Part shown: positions 25,146 through 37,050 of the stretch, one piece after another
Layout of the letters: every line of letters starts with the position of its first letter
Position numbering within the stretch: the stretch's first letter is position 1
Origin: Trichoplax sp. H2
Taxonomy: Eukaryota
NCBI GenBank assembly: GCA_003344405.1
Contig: NOWV01000025.1
Location: 310,001-374,000 of the forward strand
Direction of reading: 5' to 3'
Length of the DNA: 64,000 nucleotides
Program-made: the position numbers and the translations under genes
The notes under the pieces: model-generated
The model's database searches: none
The model's input: only the letters and a program-made list of their open reading frames with translations
What the model was told of the DNA's origin: nothing

Positions 25146-26719
25146 TAACGGTAATGCTGATTTTAGGAAAGTTGGATGGTAATTGAGGTAGTTTTTAGAA
25201 AAGTAGTGCAAGCAGAGGAAAGCAAAGACAACTGTATCCTTCCGTTGGATGGAAAAAAAAGAGATATAAAAGACCCTTAGCTAATTCCGTATCTTCTTTC
25301 AGATGACAACGATGCTATCACGCTACGGATAACGAAGTCAAGTTAAGCAATGTTATTTCTTTTTCTACTGGGTAAGGCTATGCAATCTCAGCTCCGTAAA
25401 GCATCAAAGTGTGACATTCCTATTTTCTCTACAAGTACCTCAAGTCATGAAAAGGAACTGCAGAAGGGATTTTAAGCATACTATAATGAATGTTGCTTAC
25501 ACCTTAGACTATCCACAGAACATTTTCTTGATATTGAGCAGCATCTGCAGTCGAAAGCATCAAAATCAATTTATTACGTTATAATATGAACATGATGCCT
25601 GCCAATGCCAGTTGGAGGCAATCGATCGAGGACCGATTAGGACGTTGTAAAGAAGATAAAAACAACCTCTAGCTAGTCAATAAATTTGATCATTTGTATA
25701 CAATAAAAACTAGGTAGATTCAATATCCTATCAAGAGATTTTAGACTGTAGAAAGCGATTTGATCAGCCCCACCACCATGTTAACATTACTCGATTGTCC
25801 ATTCTTTTTTTCCATTACCCATTGACTGAATGAGGTGGTGGTGTCAAAATCTCCAGGTGAGGATAGACCTCAAGACTAATAAATAACATTGCATTGGCTG
25901 AAAATATGGCTATTCTACACTGGTTGGACATCAAGTAACGACAATGGATTGCAATAATGTCAAGATAGAGGAAGGAAAGTAAGTTTATCCTTGCGATTGA
26001 TTACTAGTTTCATTTGCAGGTCTAGGATCGAAAATGTGTTCTTGCCTCCAATTGAATGGCTGCCGTCAGCCATGGAGCACACCTAGCAATGCAACCTGGT
26101 GCAAGCTAATCGACTGAGCATGGGCTAACCTGATTTTTCGGCTAATTCTGTCTTCTGCAAGTCGAAATGGATGAAAATGAGCTGATAGAGAGTTAATCGA
26201 TGAAATAAAAGCCAAGATGATGGAGTAAAATTGCTCTAATCGATTGGAAGTCGAAGGAGAAATGGCTTTGTCGTGTTGCTGTGGCCTGTAGTCGACTGTT
26301 CAAAAACACCGTCGCTGAATTTGGGTCGAAACGACTGATTGGCTAGTGCGTTATTAGGCATTACACTGTCAAGAGTATGAGAGAGAGAGAGTCGCTTAAA
26401 CAGTCCTGCAGCGCCCATACTGGTTATATTGTAGAGCAGACTTGCGTGAGGTTCAGTATGGCAAACCGGATTACCCCCCTCCTGTCACTGCCCTGTGTAC
26501 CTAGTGTGAACTTTAGAATGGATGAGGTCTGTTATAATGATTCATATTGTTGCAGGGTACAATAACTGCACTAACCCTATTCAATCCATGCAGGTAACCT
26601 AGCAACCAGGCAGCCACCCGGTTGATCCAAAATTCCTGGCAGAGTCTAGTGGTGCTAGCAATCATGGCGATCGCTAGAGATTATCATGGAATAAACTGTG
26701 ATCCTATGAAGAAATGGAA

Positions 26720-27910
26720 TTTGAGGCTCTAGCTGGCACGTGTAGAATTCACTACTTTAAAGCATGAGCTAAACCTTTACTTTGAACGGACCTACTACAG
26801 AACATGAACATTAAAATGGCTTTAACACTACATCGATGGTTAGGGGTGATCATGGAATAAAAGGTAGTAAGCTACCGTGATCACATAGAGAAATGGAGAT
26901 ACAGAAGGGTAGAGCGATTAGATCCACATGGCTATGTTTATAGGTACATCACCTTGGAAGGCTAGAGAAAGATAATAGTGATCGATCAACAAGGCTCTAG
27001 CTGGGATGTGTAAAATTCACTACCTTAGAGCATGACCTAGCTGAGCTTAGTCTATACTTTAAACAGCTTGTTACTGTTCAGTATATTTGACGTATTGTAT
27101 GAGAACCAATTCATCCACGGATGCGGAAAATTCTGCAGATACTCCGATTAATGTACTAATTGGATTACTTCTACACAAATAATCAATACCTGACCGATAT
27201 CTGTTAGTCTTGGGTTACTTTTTATTTGAGACCAAGTAATGATCCAAAACGACGTTGAATATTATTTGACCTTGCGGTCTAACTGAGACAATATAGATCA
27301 CGATGGATCTCACTACTGAACGCAACTAAATCAAACGGCGCACACGATGGTGCTTAGACTTCTCAAACAATTATAATTACTTATGATTGACGATAACTGG
27401 CAACTGCCAACTGCAACTCTGATGAGTTGATTGACTATGAAGAAAGAAATAAAGCAGGATAAGGATAATGATGATTGACGGACGAGCTCTGTCTAGGACA
27501 TGTAGAATATTCACCGCTTTACATCATGAGCTAGCTAAAGCTAAGCCTACACTTTGATTATTTCTACAATAGAATATTGACATCGAAACAATTATTCGAT
27601 TGATTAGATCCTGCTCAAAGATTACTAGGCTTAGCTCAGCTAGCTCATCTTAGAATACTACAATTGTTCTGCCATCGTATAATTGCTTCGATATCAATAT
27701 TCTACTGTACACCTACCTGTTCAAAAACAACCAAGCTTAGCGCAGCTAGCTCATCTTTCTCTAGCTTTCCAAGACGACATACAGTACTAAGCATAGATGT
27801 AGCCAAGTGGATCCAATACTCTTACCCATAGACTACTATATGCTTGATATATCTACATACAGTAATAGTCCATGGTTTTAGCGTACTGTATCTCCGTTCT
27901 ATATGAGCAG
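26720..27910. repeat. Degenerate foldback (inverted plus direct repeats), possible old non-autonomous element
   Basis: ~26884-26973 is an imperfect reverse complement of ~27752-27906. ~27524-27600 is an imperfect reverse complement of ~27674-27754. A direct repeat (gctct...tgta(g/a)aa..ttcac..c.tta...catga) occurs at ~26725, ~26993 and ~27485. Confidence 0.65.
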
Positions 27911-30900
27911 GTGTAAGCGTACAGTAGAATGTTAGCATACGAATGATTTTTGTTGTCTTAAGTGGTGCAAAGTAGTTTTCTAAAATAGATCTTGAGAGTG
28001 ATTAGTTAATAAATATTTAGTTCTAAGTACCACTGAGGGCTCTGCGAAGCCTATAAATGATAGTGTAATCGTGCAATTTAGAGTAGAGAGCAAAAGAAGA
28101 TTCTTTTGAAGAACTTGCTAAATTTTAAAGGCCTTCGGGATCGAACTGTTGTAAGTTAAAGCGTTCTTCTTTTTGTTAGGTTGTTTGGTTGTTGACAGTT
28201 TTAGTTCTGTCGTTTTTTTATTTCTTTACTTATAGTACTTAGAATTAAGTATTTAGAAGGTTGTTTGATCAAACTCTCTCACATTTTCTTAATAAATTGT
28301 TGATCGGTTGTTTCCCCAATTTTATTTGATGTCAAAGTTTCGTTAAGTCGGCCAGAGTGCAAAGAAAGTAGAATCAAAGTTTGTTAGAAGTTTAGTAGCT
28401 TGATTCTACACTTTTCATTTCATTACAGTTATGTGCCAGTGATTACTGTAATATCTAGAATTTGTTTAATGCATATTCAGTGGTCAAATAAAGTTGTCGC
28501 ATTGTTATTACAGTGATTTTAACTCTGCATTATTATCTAGTGTAAATAATGCAATTAATGCCTTGATTGATGCCGAAGGACTTTGATCGGATTCATTTAT
28601 GTACAGTAATTAACTTCGGTAATTAGGGCCATCTATATAGCCATTTACGGTATGTTTTGTAGTATTGCAAATTTATTTCTATGCTACGTACAGGAATAAT
28701 TTTTAGTTATTATCTTGGATAGTCAACGAAGCCCCATTAAATGGATAGAGATAGCTGTGGCATGAATTGAAACGAATATTTACCGTAGCATAAAACAAGT
28801 CGTTTCTAAAATGTCTTCCCTATATTTCCAGATTAATCTTATATATCCGCGCATTCAATGCTTAGATCAATATTAACAGAGTTACGTACTGGCAAGTTAG
28901 GTCTGTACGTGCATTTATCGCATTAATTAGTGTGTGCAAAAGTCACTATGAAACTGCTAACTAGGTTGCAAGATAAATCTTTTTGACCTATAGTGGAATA
29001 CTATGTGTGTATCAAGATCAATCTAATAATAGTATATGTACGCGACGCATCGCGAGCGGGATTAATTTATCAGTTTTTAATAACGATGGAATACGACATG
29101 ATATCTATTTCTTACCCCAACGATGATCTAGATTTAATGGAGAGCAGATGACTGTAATTTTGCTATCGGTAATAGATGTTTCAGAATTTAAAGAATTAGA
29201 TATTCTAGACGTTTGTTTAGCATAAAATGTCGTGTATCTGTAGTTATAAAGAAGAGAAAGTACGTAATTTTTAATAGACATCCACATTACCAAGTAATAA
29301 GAATATTTGAATTTACTAATATGAGCATTAATTTTCAAATTTGAATTATTACACTTGTTTAATCTCTAAGTAAACCCATTTTAATAAATTACCATTAACT
29401 AATATACAGCAAAGTATGAAATACGTCGAAATAATATTATCGAAGAAAAGTTTATTTATTATAATTAACCATATTCTTCCTGAAACGTTTCTTAATCAAT
29501 AACTTAAAAAGTAAATTCCCATCCTATGCCCCTTGCTAATTATCCATAGTGTTCTTTAATTTCAAGACATCCTAAGTGAATGAATATTGATGATTTATTG
29601 TGATCTCAATAACATTATTTATAGGTAAAGAACAGTAGATCGATGATTGACCTAGCTTTCCAGACAGTATTGCGAGGACCGTATATTAAATCAACCTATT
29701 GGATTACGGATGGGTCATAATGACAAGTAATATCTATATTTTCGCTATCTGTCAAATTTCATTAGCGAAAAATTTCTGTTGTTAAGTTCAGTTAATAATC
29801 ACTACTTTTAGTTGATAATTATATTTCATGATCATATGTAAGATTTGTTGACTCATTTTCTAATACAAAGGTTACTATCAAAATATTGCCACAAATAGAA
29901 TAATATATGCACATAAACAGGTCATTTTATTCCATATTCATTAGTTCACTTTTGAGATATCATTTATAGCATCGAAATTTTACTTATGATAGCCAAAATG
30001 TCGAATTAGGAATAGAGCTCATAGGCAACGAATCTCATTTATTGATATCCTATTAATCCTTCAAAATGTATCAGTGGCTATTGTACATAGGTTTTTCGAC
30101 ATGCCTTGATAATAAAATATTAAGTGTAGTTTGGCTAACTTTTGAAAGCTTGAATGTAGTTGATTAATGAGTTATAGGAATAGATCGATAAAAATGCCTG
30201 ATAGCCTTGTCAGATAATCAAGCAAGCCAGGATATTAGAGATCCGATAAATATGCCTAATAAGCAATTTTTCAATTTCTAATATGAACAAGCTAGTTAGT
30301 TTTGTTTATTTATGAGCTGTTTATTAAATATGATTGTGTTTCTAGTATTTCTCCTAATCGGTAACAAACTGAGAATAATATTAATATTGATACTATGATA
30401 GTACTTCAAGTGTCAAGACTGATAACACTGCAAGGAAGAAAAAATAATCTGCGGCAAGATTGAATATTAATCAGCATAGTATTGAGTGAATGATATTAAA
30501 ATACACAGGAACTATCGAAAATATGCAAGTAGCTGCCAGATATATCTTCCATCAAAACTCGTGACTATCAAACGATATGATTTCTAAATCACTTTGTCAG
30601 AATAAAAACTATTATATATTAGCTAAATTGCTGTTGCCTACGCCTATTGACATATGGAAATAGTAAATAAACAAATAATTGATATTAATCAGATAATCCA
30701 ATTAGTTGATCATTGTATGATTCTGCATTAGCATTGGCAATTTGTGTTGTTCTTGATTAGTTCAATGTCAAAACATTATCATCCTTTAATGTTATATCAT
30801 CCAGGTACCTTGGAACAAAATGTGCTTTTATCTATTAAAAAAATAAGATCAAAATATTGACTGCATGTAATTATTTAATTACAATTACCAATCAGCTAAT

Positions 30901-31340
30901 CTTGTACCATAGATCAAAATTGCTTGCAAATATTGAAAATATGCCGCACTTTTAGACAATAATTGACAAGCTAGATTGAAAAAGGGATAAACTCGAAAAT
31001 AATGGGTAATGCAATAAATTCTGCAGTTGACCAGTTGAGTCATGATTGCCTATGTTACATTAGGTCATTTGCGTGATGGATAGTATGCCAATTTTACATG
31101 AGGTTATAATTTAAAATTTAAATGAGGTAAAATACATTAGCGATCGCTATCCCTTGCACAATAGCTTATGTCAATAAAGTTAAGGATTAGAACTTAAGTT
31201 AATTAGCATCGACCAATCAAACAATGTTATTATCGGAAACTATTTTCTGATGATGTTTATGTCCACGGCATGAATCGATAACGAGTATGATAAATGGTTG
31301 ACGACCATGAACACATTGATCTTCTGACCCTGAGCAAGAG

Positions 31341-31409
31341 GTATAAAAGCAATCGATTTTGCTTTTTATCTCATTAATCTCTTCTCTTGTTCCGTATCAG
31401 ATCGGAGAG
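31341..31409 (+). promoter_or_regulatory. TATA box and non-coding first exon of the protease gene
   Basis: gtataaaag at 31341-31349, a pyrimidine-rich initiator-like tcatt ~30 bp downstream, and a strong donor GAG|gtaagt at 31409/31410. The next acceptor lies 6 nt before the ATG. Confidence 0.7.
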
Positions 31410-31449
31410 GTAAGTTTTTCAAACTAGTTTATAAGGACTTTTTCCTTGC

Positions 31450-31770
31450 CTATTGAAAAAATATCAGCTGGAATTATTTTAATTCTATCTTAAATAGTAT
31501 ACAGTCAGATTAGTATAGTTAATTTTACCGTTAAATTAATCTAAGTTATTATAAATTACTTTATGAGGTTGAAAAATATCAGCTAGAGTTATTTTGATTC
31601 TATCTTATACGGTGATAGTCAAACTGATAAGTTTAATTTTATCATTCAATCAATGTAAGCTATTACCAATTACTTAATGACATTGAAAAAATCAGGTAGA
31701 GCTATTTTAGTTCTATCTAATACGATGTATAGTCAAGTTAACATGGCTAATTCTATCTTTAAATTAAGCT
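31450..31770. repeat. Three diverged ~115-bp copies filling the protease 5'-UTR intron
   Basis: ttgaaaaa..atcag.t.ga..tatttt..ttctatct.a at ~31453, ~31569 and ~31683. Confidence 0.8.
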
Positions 31771-31837
31771 GTTACAAATGGCTGTAATTTTATACTAAAT
31801 AAATTATTTATTTTTTAAATCTGATCGACAGTTAACT

Positions 31838-34800
31838 ATGAAGACTGCCATCGTTTTATTGTCTATTTTCGCCTTGGCTACCGCCAAGGTAAGTAAAAAT
31901 AACTTGCAACGCGTTATTCGATGCATTGATAAGTAATCAAGAAACGAATTTACTAATTGATGATTAGATAACTAATTCTTTTTGTCGCCTAATGTATCAT
32001 TAGTTAAGTGCGAAATAACGTTAATGACGGCAATTAAACAAATTGATACTATAGAAGATAGTGATACTAATTGGTTTATGTTTGAAATCTTTCTTTTAAT
32101 TAATTCCTTTTGACCGCCTCATTAACATAAATTAATATCATCATTGTCCTACTCGTCAACGTTATTATGACGATCTTGACCAACATTCCAATGTCACAGT
32201 AGTATTTTGAAAGAACATCTTCATTTAGTAGGGCTTAACTGTCACGCATTCATTTTATCATTCTATCTTCTGAGTTTGTTATTCTTTGCAGTTAATCTGA
32301 TCTAATGATCAACGATAGTATTATTACAGTATGTGCAAATCAAGATTTAAAAAGATAAGTCTGTATTTCGATATTTTTCTTGCCTAAAGACTTCTTAGTT
32401 TCATTATTTGATATTCAAGTATAAGCTAATTTTAATTAACCATCGAAATAATACGATCTTTATAGGCAGTCAGTGAGTTACTTATATTCTCGTTATCTCC
32501 TGACTGAAATCAATTTTCACCCATAATTTATTTATAGCATCGTTGTAATTATATAATGCTAATGATGCAATTTTACACTACTAATACATACCGTTAACAA
32601 ATAGAAATATTTCCATCAGATTGATTGACTTACAATTGTAGATATTTTCTATCAATCCAAGTCTAATATTAACATTACGGCATACAACTTAATTATGTCA
32701 ATATATTGATATTTGCTAGATTATTTCGAAAAGATATGATGCAAAATTAAGTTTAGCGTTCAGTAATATCATATTCTATTGCAAATTAATGTACTATCCA
32801 TATAGTGAAAAGCAATCTATTGAAGAAGGTGCATTAAGAGAGAAATATTGCGTTGCTATCGACTAGATAGTTGCCATGATTAAACTATGCACTTAGTAAC
32901 AATATCGTTTGTTTTTGGTATTTATTTTGGATTGAAGAATTTAATATTAATGATATTTTGTATAACAGTAAAAATGGAATCATGTGATTAATGACTGATA
33001 TACTGCTCAAACTAGAGGCATGATTTAAAATAGTAATCCATAAGTAGAAAACTATCCGCCTGATTATTGTGAATCAATTCAATGATATATTAACTATGCA
33101 GTATTTCAATGATGACTCATGATGATTGTAGTCATGGATGCTATCGATATTCTGCACTTTATTTTAATTCTAGACTAGCACGTTGATTACTATCGTTATT
33201 GAATGTTAATTTATCCATTCTTGAAATTTTTATCTCCATATTTATCGACCTGCTCAAATCTTATTCCAATATGATTGCTGCCTGGCCTAATGGTTCATTT
33301 AGCCTGAACCCAGGAATGCTAGAGGTAAGTTATCTCTCATCCATTATTTTATTCTATGCCCTGCATAATTTATTTGAAAGGGAATAAATCCATTGAAAGC
33401 CATTACTACTGATCTTCATTTTGATTTGATCATGATTGCGATCTGATAGAATAATAAGTTTTATTTTGCCATTTTTAAAACTGATGATTAAATTGTTTTT
33501 ATTTCGTCTATTTCAAATTGTACAGCTACTTGCGGTTCTACTTCCTACGCAAAGAGCGGCACCATCGAATCTCCCAGCTACCCAAGCAACTATCCTAGGA
33601 GAACTGACTGTACCTCTACCGTTGTTGCTTCGAGTGATGAAGTTGTTACCGTTACCTTCAGCGAGTTTGATGTTGAATCTGCTACCAACTGCAAATATGA
33701 TTACGTTTCTCTTTATGATGGTAATACCCTTAGGCACACCTACTGCGGTAAAGGTAGCGTTCCTACCTTCACTACTTCCCCTGGTTCTAACTTCGTGTTA
33801 ACTTTCCACACTGATGGATCTGTACAGAAGAAGGGATTCGCTCTTAGCTTCACCGTTACTAGTAAGTTTAAATTATCCTATCATAGCGAGATGGATAGGG
33901 TATTAGCATACAACCAGTAGGATAAGTTGGAATTATCATTTTACTCATGTAAGATAGATAGTGTGATTATTATCGTAACGACGGCAGTTGTTTGTCATTG
34001 ATATCGCTACGATGGCTTAACTTCATCGGAGATCGGCTTTATTTCATTTAGTTTGCTCATTCACTAATCTATCCTGCTAGAATAGCTTGATCTAAGAATC
34101 GATTTAACGTTAAGGCAATTTTGGATAGCTACTAGTGTATCAACGTAACACTTGCCAATCTTGTTAATCTTGATTGGCTATCGGTAATCCAATCATAAGA
34201 ACTCGTTATCGTTGTTCATGAATGAAGATTGATTGGAGTCGATGAGTCTATCTTCAATGATCATGTTAATTTTTATTCAGGAATTGGATATTCAACTCAT
34301 GTTAATTTATGCCTATAATTGATTGATTCTTCTTTTACTCATGCCATAATTAGAAGTTGCTGCTCCTACTGGTAGCACTACTGGCACTGCCAGCACTGGT
34401 ACTGATAAGCCAGGCACCTGTGGTAAAACATTTTATAAACTATCCCTGGCCGACCGTATCGTTGGTGGTGCAGAATGTAGCCCAAAACATGCCCTTCCAT
34501 GGCAAGTATCTCTCCAAACCAGCACTGGCTTCCATTTCTGTGGTGGTTCCATCATCAGTGATACCTATGTTGTTACTGCTGCTCACTGCGTTGATGGACA
34601 AACTCCAACCTCCTGGAGAATTGTTCTTGGTGCTCACAACATCGGAAGCAATGAACCTAGCCAATTTGTTGCCACTGTCAAGAGAGCTAAAATGCATCCT
34701 AGCTACGACACCAGTACCCTCAGCAATGACATTGCTATCATAGAATTAAACGAAAAAATCACTTTCACTAATGAAATTTCCCCGGTCTGTGTATCCAAAA

Positions 34801-35168
34801 CTAGAATTGCTGATAATGCAGACGTCATAGTCTCTGGCTGGGGTACTTTAACAGCTGGTGGCGCCTCGCCTGATACCTTGCAAAGAGTAATCGTTCCTAC
34901 GATCTCTCGCTCTGAGTGTAGCTCTACAGTCTATGGCACAGGTTACATTGATAGCACCATGTTGTGCGCTGGTCTTATGTCTGGTGGCAAAGATTCCTGC
35001 CAAGGTGACAGTGGTGGCCCACTTGTTCACGATCGATCTGGTACCTACTACTTGGAAGGTGTTGTCAGCTGGGGCTATGGTTGCGCCGATCCTAACCGTC
35101 CAGGTGTTTATGCTCGTGTTTCCAGCTTGTACAGCTTCTTGGAAACAGAAACCGGTATCACCTTCTAA
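31838..35168 (+). CDS. Secreted CUB-domain trypsin-like S1A serine protease, 407 aa
   Basis: Exons 31838-31888 (signal MKTAIVLLSIFALATAK), 33303-33324 (22-nt PEPRNAR), 33526-33861 (CUB: CGS..GTIESPSYPSNYP..C..FDVESATNCKYDYV..YCG..FHTDGSVQKKGF) and 34354-35168 (linker, CGK..R|IVGG, TAAHC, NDIAIIEL, GKDSCQGDSGGP; Asp189 implies Arg/Lys specificity). Phases chain to 1224 nt. AATAAA at 35331. Confidence 0.96.
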
Positions 35169-35494
35169 ATACCTGCTTTGGATATCCGCTCTATCAACTC
35201 TAAAACGCAAATATGATCGATCTATACTTCATCGATCATGAACACTGTAGAATTGTAGTTGAAAATATTCATTTTTCTTATGTAGTTGAAAATCAATTAG
35301 CATTTATTACGTTTTGTAACTATTGCAATCAATAAAATCGAAATCAATCGAACAAACGATCAAAATTTCTTTCCCTTGAATGAAATGATTTAGTCATTTA
35401 CGATTAAATACAGCTTATGATAATCGATGACGATAATCAATCGCACTAAAAGCTCGTTGTGTTTTATCATCATTAGTATCCATCTTCTACTTCA

Positions 35495-37050
35495 TAGTAT
35501 CATAAGTTAGGATAGTTCTATACTGGATTGTTTTGCAAGGAATACCTATTTATCATGGTATTATCGTGGACAACATTGAATAATTAGATAGTGCTTACTT
35601 TATGATTGGTATTAATGCAAACAATCATCAATAAAACTAGTATTGATATGGCAAGTTGCTGTGGTATCCAATTGTTTGTGGGATATGGATAATGGATAGT
35701 TTAGAAACTAGTATCGTAGTGATGAGTCTAATCTCTTGATCAGTATTTCTACCCGATGTCTGTCACAAACTAGATCAAAAAAGCAACCTTATGTGGATAC
35801 GAATAACTGTGTTCATCATGTGTAGTACAACTCCTAGAATAGCTTAATAGATTGTAGGAAGTCGCCAAGTGATATGCAAAAATAAAAGATAGACACTGTA
35901 TGTGCTAGATTGTAGATTAACTGGAATCTCAAGATTGTGTTAAGTGCGTATCTGCATTGAATAGTTACAGTAGATATTGTAGCTCGGGTTGGCAATCTTT
36001 TATTAAGGTGGTTGAACACCAGAGATTATGTCAGTAATTTGATACTAAATCAATCAGAAATTATAAATCTAAACATAGTTGGCTCACTATGAAAATGATC
36101 CGGCTAAAGTTCAAACTAAGAGCTAAAGGATTAGAATTTTGCGCTTTAACCGGCTATGCCAGTAATTTAAGTAAAATGTAAATCATACTAACAGATTTTA
36201 TAATTCCGTGGAAGTGATTAGTGACATGCTAAAAGCATGAAACAGATTTTGTTTTCTTTAGCAAACAGAGGTTCATAATTATTAAACTGCCGTACTCTGT
36301 ATGCTCCTACTTCCGACTTTAACCTATTTTATGATCGATATAAGCAGGAGATTACTTCTGATAGAGCTAATTTATTCTTATTCTTGGTTAAAGAAGTAGT
36401 TTATATAATAAAATGCATATGATAAGTTATCAAATTTGGATCATTTTCTGATTTTAAGACACTTTATCATACCATGATATTGTGATAGGATGAGCTTGAA
36501 ATGCCAGTCTATCCACTAATAACTAGTTAAATTTATTCTATTGACTATTTCTAGGCATCTATTAAAGTTCTAACTTACTGGAATCAATCCTTAGCCGGAT
36601 GATCGTTAGTATCAATGTTCTAATCAATGATATCATAAGTTAGGATGTTCTACACTAGAGTTTGTGATAGAAGATACCTGTTTCTCATAGTATCATAGTG
36701 GATAATATTGGATAATTTAAATACAAGATTGCTTATTTTATGATTATTGTAAATGAGAATAACACAAGTCATCAATAAAAATTTTGATAGAGCAAGCTGT
36801 TGTGGTATCAAATTATTCGTAGGATATGGATAGTTTATAAAGCAATACTATGGTGATGCTTTAATCTCTTAATCAGTATTTCTATCTGTTGCCTGTTATG
36901 AACTAGATAAAAAAAAGTAGCCAAATGTAGATACGAATAATTCATATTTATCACCTTATGATGATAGAATAAGCTTGAAATAGCAGCCTGTTCACCAGTA
37001 ACCTCGTCAAAGTTATTCTACTGATTATTTCTAGGCACACTAGAATCAGT
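35495..37050. repeat. Diverged local duplications downstream of the protease
   Basis: ~35498-35810 is similar to ~36630-36940 (tatcataagttaggat..., tcatcaataaaa, gatacgaataa). ~36485-36560 is similar to ~36963-37040 (agcttgaaat...ttattcta.tga.tatttctaggca). Confidence 0.8.

Noticed and set aside
26236..26565. Short ORFs as the MLL first coding exon
   Set aside because: I could not establish an in-phase splice link to downstream exons or any MLL N-terminal motif, so this is left unresolved.
33436..35241. Overlapping ORFs 33436-33801, 33513-33737, 34357-34743, 34440-34697, 34848-35210, 34933-35241
   Set aside because: These are alternate-frame or antisense shadows of the codon-biased CUB and trypsin exons.
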